DNA from: Candidatus Latescibacterota bacterium
GTDB lineage: Bacteria > Latescibacterota > UBA2968 > UBA8231
Assembly (NCBI GenBank): GCA_965248265.1
Contig: CBDFJF010000002.1
Location: forward strand, 2,912,001-2,976,000
Reading direction: 5' to 3'
DNA: 64,000 nt
Shown here: piece after piece, positions 20,094 through 30,131 of the stretch
Layout of the letters: the number at the start of each line of letters is the position of its first letter
Numbering within the stretch: position 1 is the stretch's first letter
Translations under genes and position numbers: made by a program
Notes under the pieces: model-generated
What the model was told of the DNA's origin: nothing
What the model saw: only the letters and a program-made list of their open reading frames with translations
Databases searched by the model: none

Positions 20094-21860
20094 TCAGCCA
20101 GGAACGGAACCGTAGTAGAAAACCAGATAGGCCGCCAGCAGGACAAGCACGACGGTAGCCGCTCCGGTTGTAGTCCAGGTGCGTCCGAGTGCGCCGTCCG
20201 GGCCATGGTGCCGGCCCAAACCGGCGACGATATCGCGGATGAGTGCCTTGGAGCTGTTGAAGAAGCCGTCGCGAATTGGTGCGCCGATGGAGACAAATCC
20301 CCGAACCAACGCCGGCAACAGCTTGCGGTAGGTCCAGTCGAAATCCACGTTCACACAGGGTATTTCAGGCGTCTCCAGGTGCTTTTTCGCCAGGATGGCG
20401 AACGACAGCAGCGCGAAGAACAGGAGCTGCAGTTGCATCACCACGTGGCTCGAGGTGTAGGGTTCGAAGGCCTTCTCGTAAGGCAGCGTATGGGCGTAGG
20501 GCAGGATGTCGTACAGCGGCTGTGGATAGACCCCGATGCCGACGCAGAAGAACGCGACCACTCCCATGGCGATCAGCATGTTAAGGGGGGCTTCCTTGCA
20601 GCGAATGCCCGAATCCTGGTGACCGAAGAAGCCGTAGTAGGGGATCTTGATGCCGGAGTGGTGGAGCACGCCCGCGGACGCGAACAGCAGCACGAACCAA
20701 CTTATGGTCCAGCCTTCGCCAGCAGTGGCTGTCAGCGTCAATGACTTGGTCACGAAGCCGCTGAACAGCGGGAACGCGGAAATCGAAGCGGCCCCGATGA
20801 TGCAGAAGAAGGTCGTCCACGGCATCGATTTGTAGAGCCCACCCAACTCCGAAGCCTTCACGGTTCCGGCACGGTACAACACCGCCCCCATCGACATGAA
20901 CAGGAGCGCCTTGTAGAGAATGTGGGCGAAGGCGTGCGCGACGGCGCCGTTGAGGGCCATGGTGGTACCCACGCCGATGCCGACGAGCATGAAGCCGAGC
21001 TGATTGTTGAGACTGTAAGCCAGCACCCGTCGCAGGTCATTTTCGATGACGGCGAAGAAGACTGGAAAAGCCGTCATGACCACGCCGATCGGAATCAGGA
21101 TCTCGGTGCCTGGGAAGGCGCGGGCAAAGGTGTATATGGCCAGCTTGGTCGTGAAGGCGCTCAGCAGCACGGTGCCGGTGACGGTGGCTTCCGGATAGGC
21201 GTCCTGCAGCCAGTTGTGTAGAAACGGGAAGGCGCACTTCATGCCAAAGGCGATGAAGATGAGGGTTGGTCCCAGATGCTCGGTACCGAAATCGGCCAGC
21301 GCGAAGGATTCCAGGTTGTACATCTGGGCCATGTTGCCGAACGCCAGCGACCCGGTCTCGTGGTAGTGGATGAGGACGCCGGACAGCAGGATCACACCCG
21401 AGCCGACCTGGATGATCAGGTAGCGCATGCCGGCACGGTACGCCCGCTCTGTGCGGCTGGACCATATGAGAAAAACGGAGGAGATCGCGGTCAGCTCCCA
21501 GAATACGAACAGGGTGATCAGGTCGCCGGCAAAGGCCCCCGCGATCGCCGATCCCGCGTAGATCAATCCGGCCATGTGCTGGACGTTGTCCCGCATGTGG
21601 AGAGCGTAGACGACGCCGAGGATGGCCATGATGTGGAAGATGTAACCGAAGACAAGACTGAGCTTGTCGATGCGAACCATCATCAACGAGTAGTCGAACA
21701 GCAGGATGTGCCCGTAGGAGCCTTCGGTCAAACTCAGCAGGTGAGCGAAGCTGACGATCGGCAGGGCAAGCAGGTAGAGCGACTGCAAACGGCCGCGCAG
21801 CAGCGGCACCAGCAAGGCGCCGACGACTAGGATGGTGGCAGGAGGCAGCTGGTCAAGCAT
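20094..21860 (-). CDS. mrpD: Mrp/Mnh antiporter subunit D-like (third, long copy; possibly MrpA N-part equivalent)
   Basis: FVFWE, WLQDAYPEA, RRVLAYS, HILYKALLF. Confidence 0.85.
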   Translation of the reverse strand: MLDQLPPATILVVGALLVPLLRGRLQSLYLLALPIVSFAHLLSLTEGSYGHILLFDYSLMMVRIDKLSLVFGYIFHIMAILGVVYALHMRDNVQHMAGLIYAGSAIAGAFAGDLITLFVFWELTAISSVFLIWSSRTERAYRAGMRYLIIQVGSGVILLSGVLIHYHETGSLAFGNMAQMYNLESFALADFGTEHLGPTLIFIAFGMKCAFPFLHNWLQDAYPEATVTGTVLLSAFTTKLAIYTFARAFPGTEILIPIGVVMTAFPVFFAVIENDLRRVLAYSLNNQLGFMLVGIGVGTTMALNGAVAHAFAHILYKALLFMSMGAVLYRAGTVKASELGGLYKSMPWTTFFCIIGAASISAFPLFSGFVTKSLTLTATAGEGWTISWFVLLFASAGVLHHSGIKIPYYGFFGHQDSGIRCKEAPLNMLIAMGVVAFFCVGIGVYPQPLYDILPYAHTLPYEKAFEPYTSSHVVMQLQLLFFALLSFAILAKKHLETPEIPCVNVDFDWTYRKLLPALVRGFVSIGAPIRDGFFNSSKALIRDIVAGLGRHHGPDGALGRTWTTTGAATVVLVLLAAYLVFYYGSVPG

Positions 21861-22143
21861 CGTAATAGTCCTCGTCCCGCATCACCACTCGTCGCCAGAT
21901 CCATCCGGCGCCAACGATTAACGAATAGGCGGCGAAACCGAAGATGGCGTAGAAGCCGCCGACGTTCTCGATACTGTAGTGGACGTGCTTGTGGTAGCCG
22001 ATGCCGAGCATGTCCAGAACATCCGCCAGCAGCAGTATGGCGCAGGCTACAAGCAACAGCCGGTAGAGGACATTGGTGCTGCCGGGTTTTTCCAGCCAGC
22101 CGCCATCGCCGTTGCTGTTTGTGGTGTTGTCTTGATCTGCCAT
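21853..22143 (-). CDS. Small 2-TM membrane protein inside the mrp operon
   Basis: Two hydrophobic segments, GFYAIFGF, C-terminal MRDEDYYDA; overlaps the next gene. Confidence 0.75.
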   Translation of the reverse strand: MADQDNTTNSNGDGGWLEKPGSTNVLYRLLLVACAILLLADVLDMLGIGYHKHVHYSIENVGGFYAIFGFAAYSLIVGAGWIWRRVVMRDEDYYDA

Positions 22144-22176
22144 CGTGTCTGTGCCTGTTAGGTGCCTGTGGGTTCG

Positions 22177-23676
22177 TCAGTGTTGAGCCAGTGGCAACAG
22201 CAACCTGAAGAGGTCACCGGCGTAGAAGAACAGGACGATACATCCAACCGCCGTGAAACACAGCGGCATGACGCAGAAGAACGGTGCTTCGTGCAAGCCG
22301 TCGCCATGGTCATCATCATGGACGGCAGCCGCCCCGGCGCTGGCTGGTGCCGGGGTCTTCGGATTGAAAAAGGCCCGCACGACGATCGGCATCAGGTAGG
22401 CGATATTGAGCAGTGAACTGATCATGAGAACGGCGACGAAGATCAGTTGATCCGCGCTTACCGCACCCAGGGCCAGGTACCACTTGCTCCAGGCCCCACC
22501 GAATGGGGGTACGCCGATGACGCTGAGCGAACCGATCAGAAAGGCGATCATCGTAAACGGCATGCGCCGGCCAATGCCGACCATGTCGCTGACTTCGGTC
22601 TTGTGCAGCGCCACGTTGATGGCCCCCGCACACATGAACAGGGTGATCTTGCCGAAGGCATGCATGGCGATGTGCATGCTGCCGCCGATAACACTGAGAC
22701 CGTTGGCGAGCGCGGCACCTAGAACGATGTAGGACAGTTGACTCACGGTAGAATACGCCAGCCTCGCTTTGAGGTTGTCCTTCGTCATCGCCACCAGCGA
22801 TGAGATGACGACGGTGGCGCCGGCCACGTACATCAACCAGACGCTGACCTCGGTTTCGCGCAGCAGGTCCAGGCCGAAGACGTAGACGATGATCTTCATC
22901 ACCGTGAACACGCCGGCTTTGACGACGGCGACGGCATGCAGCAGGGCACTCACTGGAGTCGGCGCCACCATGGCGGCCGGCAGCCAGCGATGGAACGGCA
23001 TCAATGCCGCCTTGCCGGTGCCAAAGGCGTAGAGGGCCAACAGCACGCAGACAACACCTTCACTGGCCTTGCCGGAGAGGATGCCGCCTTCCTGGAATTC
23101 CAGGGTACCCGTGATGCTCCAGGTCCAGATGATCGCGAACAAGAGGAAAACGACGGACGTACTCAACAGAATACCCATGTAAATGCGGCCACCCCGCATG
23201 GCTTCGGGAGTGCGTGCATGGGTGACGAGCGGGTAGGTCGAAAGCGTCAGAACCTCGTAGAAGATGAACAGGGTCAGCAGGTTCTGGGAGAACGCGACGC
23301 CGATGGCCGCGGTGATGGCGACGGCGAAGAAGAAGAAGTAGCGGGTCTGATCGGTCTCATGGTGGCCGCGCATGTAGCCGATGGAATAGAGCGACGTGAC
23401 GATCCACAGACCGGACGCGACTAATCCGAATAACATCCCAAGGGGTTCGACGCGAAACCCCAGAGTCAATCCGGGCAGAATCTCAAGCAGTTCGACGGCA
23501 GGCCGGCCCCCGGCCATTACCTCTGGCAGAATCGACAAGACGATCAGGAATGTCGCTGCCCCGGTGACCAGAGTGACTGCTTCACGCAGGTTTGGCCGCT
23601 TGCCCGTCAGCAGGATGAGCGGACTCAACACCAGCGGCAGGAACACGGCCGTGATCAGTGACATCGGCAGGCTCAA
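22177..23676 (-). CDS. mrpD: Mrp antiporter subunit D
   Basis: FIFYE, WLPAAMVAPTPVSALLHAV, LKARLAYS, HAFGKITLF. Confidence 0.9.
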   Translation of the reverse strand: MSLPMSLITAVFLPLVLSPLILLTGKRPNLREAVTLVTGAATFLIVLSILPEVMAGGRPAVELLEILPGLTLGFRVEPLGMLFGLVASGLWIVTSLYSIGYMRGHHETDQTRYFFFFAVAITAAIGVAFSQNLLTLFIFYEVLTLSTYPLVTHARTPEAMRGGRIYMGILLSTSVVFLLFAIIWTWSITGTLEFQEGGILSGKASEGVVCVLLALYAFGTGKAALMPFHRWLPAAMVAPTPVSALLHAVAVVKAGVFTVMKIIVYVFGLDLLRETEVSVWLMYVAGATVVISSLVAMTKDNLKARLAYSTVSQLSYIVLGAALANGLSVIGGSMHIAMHAFGKITLFMCAGAINVALHKTEVSDMVGIGRRMPFTMIAFLIGSLSVIGVPPFGGAWSKWYLALGAVSADQLIFVAVLMISSLLNIAYLMPIVVRAFFNPKTPAPASAGAAAVHDDDHGDGLHEAPFFCVMPLCFTAVGCIVLFFYAGDLFRLLLPLAQH

Positions 23677-25163
23677 GGCGATACCCCCATCAGCATCTCA
23701 GCTCCACGCTGAGCCACGCCCCCGGTAAAGGTGGCCGAGATGCCAAAAAACAAGGTGGCGCCAATCAAGAGCCACATTGGAATCTGCATGGACAGCGGAG
23801 CCTCCTCCGCCTGAGAATCTTCCGACTGGTCATCCGCTTTCTGGAAGTAGGCGACCTCGACGACCCGCCAGATATAGCAGACGGCGATCAGCGACGCGAT
23901 CAGGATCAGCGCCGCGACCGGCCACCAGCCCCTTTCCAGAGCCGCCAGCACCAGGTACCACTTGCTAACGAAGCCGACGGTCACCGGGACGCCTATTAAA
24001 CTCAGCCCACCGAGGACGAAGGCCGCCGTCGTAAACGGCATGCGCCTACCCAGACCCCGCAGGTCCTCCAGATTCGTCGATCCCAGACGGTAGACGATGC
24101 ATCCCATGGCCAGGAACAGGGCGCCCTTCATCAACGCGTGATTGAACAGATGAAGAAGGGCGGCTGTCAATCCAGTCTGTGACACGAAACCGACGCCGAG
24201 CATGATATAGCCGATCTGGGCGATGCTGGAGTAGGCGAGCATGCGCTTGATGTTGCGCTGGAAAACGGCAACCAGTGAGCCGACGAAGATACCGACCAGG
24301 GCCAGAGGAATGATGAGGATGTCCAGGTGATACTGCTCGAAGGCGAATTCGACACCGAAGATGGTATAGAAAAACCGGATGAAGACGTAGACGGAAACCT
24401 TGGTGGCCGTGGCAGCCAGGAACGCGGTGACGAAAGAAGGGGCGTAGGCGTAGGCATTGGGCAGCCACAGGTGCAGTGGAAACAGCGCCAGCTTCAGGCT
24501 CAGGCCGACGCTCAGGAAGGCGAAGGCGGCAATGACGGTGCGGGTGCCGATGACGGGCTGCAGCTTCACTGCCATGTCCGCCATGTTGAGGGTGCCCGTC
24601 ATCATGTAGATGAGTCCGATGCCGATGACGAAGAAAGTCGCGCCGACGGAACCCAGGATGAGATAGCGGAACGACGCCACCAGCGCCCGGCGATCGGAGC
24701 CCAGGCTAATGAGGGCGTAGGTGGCCAGCGAGCTGATCTCGAGAAAGACGAAGACGTTGAAGGCATCCCCCGTGATCGTCATGCCCAGCAAACCGGTCAG
24801 GCAAAGCAGGTAGGCGGTGTAAAACAGATTGACGCGGACATCCGGCAGTTCGCGGGCGATGCTGGCGGGAGCGTAGATGATGACGGTTGAGCCGATCAGG
24901 GTAACCAGAAAGAGGACGAAGGCGTTGATGGTATCGACGCGATACTCGATACCCCACGGTGCAGCCCAGTTGCCCAAGGCGTAGGAAATCGCTCCACCGT
25001 CGAGGACCCGCAGCAGCAGCATGGTGGCCATGACGAAGGTGGCCCAGGTAACAGCCACGGCGAAGAGCCAGGTGGTCGTCTTGCGCCGCAACAGCACGCA
25101 GATCGGGGCGCCGAGCAGGGGCACGACGATCTGCAGGATCGGGAGATGGGCTTCGAAGCTCAC
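23673..25163 (-). CDS. mrpD: Mrp antiporter subunit D
   Basis: DAFNVFVFLEI, KLALFPLHLWLP, IKRMLAYSS, NHALMK. Confidence 0.9.
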   Translation of the reverse strand: MSFEAHLPILQIVVPLLGAPICVLLRRKTTTWLFAVAVTWATFVMATMLLLRVLDGGAISYALGNWAAPWGIEYRVDTINAFVLFLVTLIGSTVIIYAPASIARELPDVRVNLFYTAYLLCLTGLLGMTITGDAFNVFVFLEISSLATYALISLGSDRRALVASFRYLILGSVGATFFVIGIGLIYMMTGTLNMADMAVKLQPVIGTRTVIAAFAFLSVGLSLKLALFPLHLWLPNAYAYAPSFVTAFLAATATKVSVYVFIRFFYTIFGVEFAFEQYHLDILIIPLALVGIFVGSLVAVFQRNIKRMLAYSSIAQIGYIMLGVGFVSQTGLTAALLHLFNHALMKGALFLAMGCIVYRLGSTNLEDLRGLGRRMPFTTAAFVLGGLSLIGVPVTVGFVSKWYLVLAALERGWWPVAALILIASLIAVCYIWRVVEVAYFQKADDQSEDSQAEEAPLSMQIPMWLLIGATLFFGISATFTGGVAQRGAEMLMGVSP

Positions 25164-25516
25164 GATGCCTGATCCTGTGCGGTGATCTCATCTTCCTCGA
25201 TGGTGCCGTAGGATTCACGGATACGGATAATCAGGGCCATGCCCATCGCTGTTGTGGCGATGCCGACGACGATGGCTGTCAGTATGAGGACGTGGGGGAG
25301 CGGGTTCGAGTAGGTTCCCCCTCCACCGGTGACGACGATGGGTGCGGTGCCACCGGAGACCTTGCCCATGCTGATGTAGAGGAGGAACACACCGGTCTGA
25401 AAGATGCTGAGACCGACCATCTTCTTGATCAGGTTGCGTCGAGCGATGACCGTGTAGAGGCCCGTCATCATCAGGAAAATGACGATCCAATAGTTGTAGA
25501 GGCCGGGATCACTCAT
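25160..25516 (-). CDS. mrpC: Mrp antiporter subunit C
   Basis: NLIKK, NPLPHVLILTAIVVG. Confidence 0.92.
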   Translation of the reverse strand: MSDPGLYNYWIVIFLMMTGLYTVIARRNLIKKMVGLSIFQTGVFLLYISMGKVSGGTAPIVVTGGGGTYSNPLPHVLILTAIVVGIATTAMGMALIIRIRESYGTIEEDEITAQDQAS

Positions 25517-25950
25517 TGCGGGCGTCCATCGATGCGCCGGCGTCCTGCGAAACAGAAGAACGCAGAAGTCATGACCGCAGCGACGGTGATGCCGACTCCG
25601 AGTTCGACGAGAAGAATTCCCAGGTGTTGTCCGTGGACGGGGTCGTGGTGATCGAGCACGCCGTAGTCGAGGAAGTTACCGCCAAGAAAAAAGGAGGCGG
25701 CCCCGGTGCCGGCGTACAGGAGCACACCAATGGCACCGGCCCACTGGAGTAGGTTCGGGTGGACGATGCGCTTGGCTTCCTCAATGCCCCAAATCAGCGC
25801 GTAGAGGACGAATCCAGCCGCAAAAATCACCCCGGCTTGAAAGCCTCCCCCGGGCCCGTAGTCGCCGTGGAACTGGACGTAGAGGGCAAACAGCAAGATG
25901 AAGGGGATGAACATCTTGGAGACCACCCGCAGAATGACGTTGTTGCTCAT
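25513..25950 (-). CDS. mrpB: Mrp antiporter subunit B
   Basis: HGDYGPGGGFQAG motif. Confidence 0.92.
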   Translation of the reverse strand: MSNNVILRVVSKMFIPFILLFALYVQFHGDYGPGGGFQAGVIFAAGFVLYALIWGIEEAKRIVHPNLLQWAGAIGVLLYAGTGAASFFLGGNFLDYGVLDHHDPVHGQHLGILLVELGVGITVAAVMTSAFFCFAGRRRIDGRPQ

Positions 25951-26510
25951 TGCTGGGCCCTCGGCGTCGGCTTGGTCGATCCTGTAGAACGAAAAGCGCT
26001 GCCAATTAATACTAGGAGGCCTATACCGGCGGTGAAGATGACGGTGGTTTCTCCGAGGGTGTCGTAACCGCGGTAACTGGCCAACACAGAGGTCACCATG
26101 TTCGGTACCCCGACCTCAGTCGGTGAATCCTCGATGTACCTGGGGGCTACATGATTATGGATGGCCGCCGCAGGATCCCCGTACCTGGGCATATCAAGCG
26201 TGGCATACCCGAGCAACCCGCCGACGGCGAGAACGACGAGCAGGGGCCAGGGCGACCAGGATGTAGGCGCCTTTTCCTCTGAGGACGTCAGCAGCATGGT
26301 TCCCAGCAATATCACCGTGGAGACGCCCGCTCCCACGGCAGCCTCGGTGAAGGCTACATCCACGGCGTCGAGGACGACGAACATGCCACAGGACAGCAGA
26401 CTGTAAAACCCCGCCAGCATGGCGACGCCAAACAGATTGCGCAGGCGCGAGATCGCCACCGCCACCACGGCCATGAGCGTCAGCAGGCTGATGTCGACGA
26501 CTTCGGTCAT
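25947..26510 (-). CDS. Mrp DUF4040/MnhB-related subunit (MrpA C-terminal equivalent)
   Basis: AVDVAFTEAAVGAG, NMVTSVLASYRGYDTLGE. Confidence 0.88.
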   Translation of the reverse strand: MTEVVDISLLTLMAVVAVAISRLRNLFGVAMLAGFYSLLSCGMFVVLDAVDVAFTEAAVGAGVSTVILLGTMLLTSSEEKAPTSWSPWPLLVVLAVGGLLGYATLDMPRYGDPAAAIHNHVAPRYIEDSPTEVGVPNMVTSVLASYRGYDTLGETTVIFTAGIGLLVLIGSAFRSTGSTKPTPRAQQ

Positions 26511-26842
26511 GTCTTGGGGGATTCTCCGTTGTTATCTTTGAGCAGAGGTTTCAGCCCGGAAAGGATGGCGGCTTTGGCAATGGCGTGAGTCGAGGTCGGA
26601 CTGGTCAACCACAGAATGACAAGAATCATCACCAGCTTGACGGTGACCAGGGTGAGGCCGGCTTGGAACATTAAACCGACAAGGACCAGAGCAGCACCGA
26701 GGGTGTCGGTGATCCCGGCACCGTGCGTGCGGCTGAAAAAGTCAGGCAGCCGCAGTAAACCGATGCCGCCGATGACGCAGAAAACCGAGCCCGTAATCAG
26801 GCAGACCCAACTGGCGATGTTGGTGATGGATTCGAGTGGCAT
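26507..26842 (-). CDS. mrpG: Mrp antiporter subunit G
   Basis: GLLRLPDFFSRTHG, TSPTSTHAIAKAA. Confidence 0.92.
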   Translation of the reverse strand: MPLESITNIASWVCLITGSVFCVIGGIGLLRLPDFFSRTHGAGITDTLGAALVLVGLMFQAGLTLVTVKLVMILVILWLTSPTSTHAIAKAAILSGLKPLLKDNNGESPKT

Positions 26843-27132
26843 CAGGCCCCGACGTCGGTGCCGCTGTCTGCTGTTGCGGCGAAATCTCCACGCTCGACGT
26901 ACTTCAGCACGGCGATGGTGGTGATGAAGTTGAGGAAGACATAGATCAGGGAGAGGTCGAGGAATTCGGGTCGATCTGTGAGAAATCCCAGCACGGCGAT
27001 CAACAGCACGGTCTTGGTCCCCGCCATGTTGACGCCAAGAATGCGGTCGTAACTCGTAGGCCCCAACACTGCCCGAGTGAGCGCCAGTACCATAGTGAAG
27101 AGAATGGCTGCTGTGGTGGCCGCGAACATCAT
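26842..27132 (-). CDS. mrpF: Mrp antiporter subunit F
   Basis: GPTSYDRIL, LNFITTIAVLKY; start MMFAA at 27132. Confidence 0.9.
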   Translation of the reverse strand: MMFAATTAAILFTMVLALTRAVLGPTSYDRILGVNMAGTKTVLLIAVLGFLTDRPEFLDLSLIYVFLNFITTIAVLKYVERGDFAATADSGTDVGA

Positions 27133-27133
27133 C

Positions 27134-27613
27134 TCAGCTCGCGCTCCCTTCCACACGGCAGACGCGGCGATCCATGCTGCCTTCCTCCAGGTCCGTGGCG
27201 CTGCCCTCATCCAGGGCATGCACGGTGATGGTGTCACCATCCACGTCGAGGGACACTGTGCCGGGGGTCAAGGTGATGGAGTTGGCGTACAGGACTTTGC
27301 CGACCGTCGATTTCTGTCCAGCCTTGACCTTGATCACACGAGGACTGATTGGCAATCCTGGCTTGAGAATGAGGGCGGCAATGTCAATGTTGGAGCGTAT
27401 GATGGCCCAGGTCAGCCAGGGCACGTAGGCGATGATGCGCACCAGCATGCCGATGGGATGGCCCTCGGCATCGGCAATGCCCATTCGGGAGGCGATGATG
27501 ACGACGAGAAGACACGAAAGCGCCCCGAAGGTGGTGATGAGTGTCGTGTAGTGGCCGGACCAAAGCAGCCAAACACCCATCAAACAGATAAAAAGACTGA
27601 TTGCACGAACCAA
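27134..27613 (-). CDS. mrpE: Mrp antiporter subunit E
   Basis: WLLWSG, ANSITLTPGT, VHAL; probable TTG start at 27613. Confidence 0.9.
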   Translation of the reverse strand: MVRAISLFICLMGVWLLWSGHYTTLITTFGALSCLLVVIIASRMGIADAEGHPIGMLVRIIAYVPWLTWAIIRSNIDIAALILKPGLPISPRVIKVKAGQKSTVGKVLYANSITLTPGTVSLDVDGDTITVHALDEGSATDLEEGSMDRRVCRVEGSAS

Positions 27614-27922
27614 GTAGTGGATCCCTGTCGTTAACGGGTACGTAAACAATGCGTGCTGACGGGACGCGTCCGGTGGCACGGTATCTTGCGGCGAGCCCGG
27701 GTCTGAAATCGGGCAATAAGGTATGAGCCCGATGCGCCATCAAAATCGGGCAATAAGGTATGCGCGAGGCTGTGAAAGTCAAGAAAAAACCGCATGTTGT
27801 GTACCAGAGGCGAGTCGAGATGCGCGCGCCGGCAAGGTCTTCCAAGCTCTTGTTCAACATCGGGCGCGTGCCTATCTTGCCGCTCTCAATTTCAGACTCA
27901 AACACCTGCGAAAGAGGATGAC

Positions 27923-28813
27923 ATGGCCACAGCAAAACCGGAAAAACCCAAACTGATTCAAGCATGCACTCTGGGCAGTTTGATGGGCTACGGGGACAAG
28001 AAGGGGGAGTGGACGGCTGTCCAGAAGCTCAGGCGCATCAAAAACGCGGGATTTGAAGGCTTCGTCGGTCGCGTCCACATGGTGACCAAAGACGAGGTGG
28101 CAGAGTCAGGACTGGTTTTCGCCTGCACCACCGACATGGGAAACGGCAAGACCGAGCCGATGCGCAAGCTAAAGCGCTGCAAGGCCTGGGGTGCGCGCGT
28201 CGTCAACGTCCAGATGCTCGACCACGATACCCTCACCCCCGAGGCAGTCCGGGTCGCCCGTGCGGTAATGGCGGCGGCGGACGAGCTCGAGCTCGACGTC
28301 TCGATCGAGGTCCACCGTGATACCTGCACGGAGACGCCTGAGAAGACATACGCCCTCGCAAAAGGATTCGAGAAGGCGGAGAAGAGACCGCTGAAGATGA
28401 CCTGGGATTTCTCGCACCCGGCCGTGATCAAGCATCTCAACCCACCATATTACAAACGGCTCATCGAGCGTCCGGACCTGGTGCAGCTGGCCAACCAGTT
28501 TCACTTCCGACCCTTCAACGGGCAGCATGCGCAGGTTCCAGCACTCGGTCCCGGCGGAAAGTTGACACCCGAGTTCATCGATTGGCTGGAGTTTGCCGAG
28601 CAGGTCCTGCGTCTATGGCTGAAAGCGGCGCCTGCGGGACGGGAGTTGTTCATCTGTCCCGAGCAGATCGGCGGAACCTACTTCCTCTCCGTGTTCGGCA
28701 ACCGCTTCACGGACGCCAAGGCGGTGCGGCGAGAGGTCGACAAGGCCTGGAAGCGCCAGCTGAAGAAGTGGCGTCCACCCCGCAAAGCGAAGGCTCGGAA
28801 GAAGCGCCGCTGA
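27923..28813 (+). CDS. Xylose-isomerase-like TIM barrel protein
   Basis: EVHRDT.TE, WDFSH; start MATAK after GAGGA. Confidence 0.7.
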   Translation: MATAKPEKPKLIQACTLGSLMGYGDKKGEWTAVQKLRRIKNAGFEGFVGRVHMVTKDEVAESGLVFACTTDMGNGKTEPMRKLKRCKAWGARVVNVQMLDHDTLTPEAVRVARAVMAAADELELDVSIEVHRDTCTETPEKTYALAKGFEKAEKRPLKMTWDFSHPAVIKHLNPPYYKRLIERPDLVQLANQFHFRPFNGQHAQVPALGPGGKLTPEFIDWLEFAEQVLRLWLKAAPAGRELFICPEQIGGTYFLSVFGNRFTDAKAVRREVDKAWKRQLKKWRPPRKAKARKKRR

Positions 28814-28817
28814 CGGC

Positions 28818-30131
28818 ATGCACACCGTTGACAATACCGGTGAGCCGGCCCGTCACCGTGTGGGCGAAGTCGTCGAAGGCGTCCGCGACGGGTCGCTGGA
28901 TCTGCTCGCGCATGTCCACCAGATCTGCGATCGCATCGATGAGATCGAACCCCATCTGCAAGCGCTGGTACCCGAAGATGGCCGGCGCCAGCGAATGTTG
29001 GCTGAAGCACAAGGAATCCTCGGTCACATCGAGGAATCCGCCGACCTGCAACTGCCCGGTATCATCGTCGGCGTAAAGGACATCTTCCATGTAGACGGGT
29101 TCACGACCAGGGCAGGCTCGGAAATTCCATCAGAGCTGCTGCAGGGACCTGAAGCATCGTCGGTCACGCGCTTGCGGCAAGCCGGTGCGATCATTCTCGG
29201 CAAGACGGTGACGACGGAGTTCGCCGCTTTTGCCCCGGCGCCTACGAGAAATCCATACGATCCAAGACACACCCCCGGGGGGTCGAGCAGTGGTTCCGCG
29301 GCGGCCGTGGCCGTTGGCTACAGCCCGGTGGCCCTCGGTAGCCAGACCGCCGGCTCGGTAAACCGTCCGGCGGCATTTTGTGGCACCTGCGGCTTCAAGC
29401 CAACCTTCGATCGCATCGACATTGCCGGAGTGCTGGCGTGTGCGCCCACCGTCGACACGGTCGGTTTCTTCACCCAGGATGTCGACGGCCTGGTACGAGG
29501 CGCCGCGGTGCTGTGCGATGATTGGCATCCGCCTTCATCCGTAGAACAACCGGTGCTGGCTATTCCCGAGGGGCCCTACATCGATCAGGTCGATCCCGAG
29601 GCTCTTAATGTATTCAGATCACAAGTTGGGATGCTGGAACAGGCCGGTTATCGCGTAACGAGAGAGCCTGCATTCGCCGACATCGATACGATAATTCGGC
29701 GTCATCGACTGTTGCAGACGACGGAGATGTTCAGGGTCCATGCTGAGTGGTTCAGCGTCCACCAAGGGGTCTACCGCAAAGAAACGGCGGCCACGATCAA
29801 GGAAGGCAGCAACACCAGCGACTCCGATCTGGAGCGCGCCCGCGCCGGCACCAGCCAGTTGCGACAGGAACTCGAGCAGCAGATGGTCGATCGCGGCATC
29901 GACGCCTGGATCTGTCCGTCGGCGTTAGGGTCGGCGCCCGGCATGGATTCCACCGGGGATCCGGCCATGAACACACCGTGGACGCACTCACACCTGCCGG
30001 CCGTGTCTCTGCCTGGCGGCCGTACCGGCAACGGTCTGCCGGTGGGTTTTCAGTGTGTGGCAGCATGGGGTCAGGACGAGCAGCTACTGGAATGGTCTCG
30101 TGGTCTCGAACACGTAATCAGGGTCGAATGA
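28818..30131 (+). CDS. Amidase signature family enzyme
   Basis: GVKD, TPGGSSSGSAAAVA, GSQTAGSVNRPAAFCG. Confidence 0.92.
   Translation: MHTVDNTGEPARHRVGEVVEGVRDGSLDLLAHVHQICDRIDEIEPHLQALVPEDGRRQRMLAEAQGILGHIEESADLQLPGIIVGVKDIFHVDGFTTRAGSEIPSELLQGPEASSVTRLRQAGAIILGKTVTTEFAAFAPAPTRNPYDPRHTPGGSSSGSAAAVAVGYSPVALGSQTAGSVNRPAAFCGTCGFKPTFDRIDIAGVLACAPTVDTVGFFTQDVDGLVRGAAVLCDDWHPPSSVEQPVLAIPEGPYIDQVDPEALNVFRSQVGMLEQAGYRVTREPAFADIDTIIRRHRLLQTTEMFRVHAEWFSVHQGVYRKETAATIKEGSNTSDSDLERARAGTSQLRQELEQQMVDRGIDAWICPSALGSAPGMDSTGDPAMNTPWTHSHLPAVSLPGGRTGNGLPVGFQCVAAWGQDEQLLEWSRGLEHVIRVE

Noticed and set aside
20094-27613. Hydrogenase (Mbh/Ech) or complex I membrane arm
   Set aside because: No NuoH-like, Fe-S or catalytic subunits nearby; the E/F/G/B/C set fits a stand-alone Mrp
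27674-27689. Sigma54 promoter TGGCACGGTATCTTGC
   Set aside because: GG to GC spacing is 11 nt rather than the required 10
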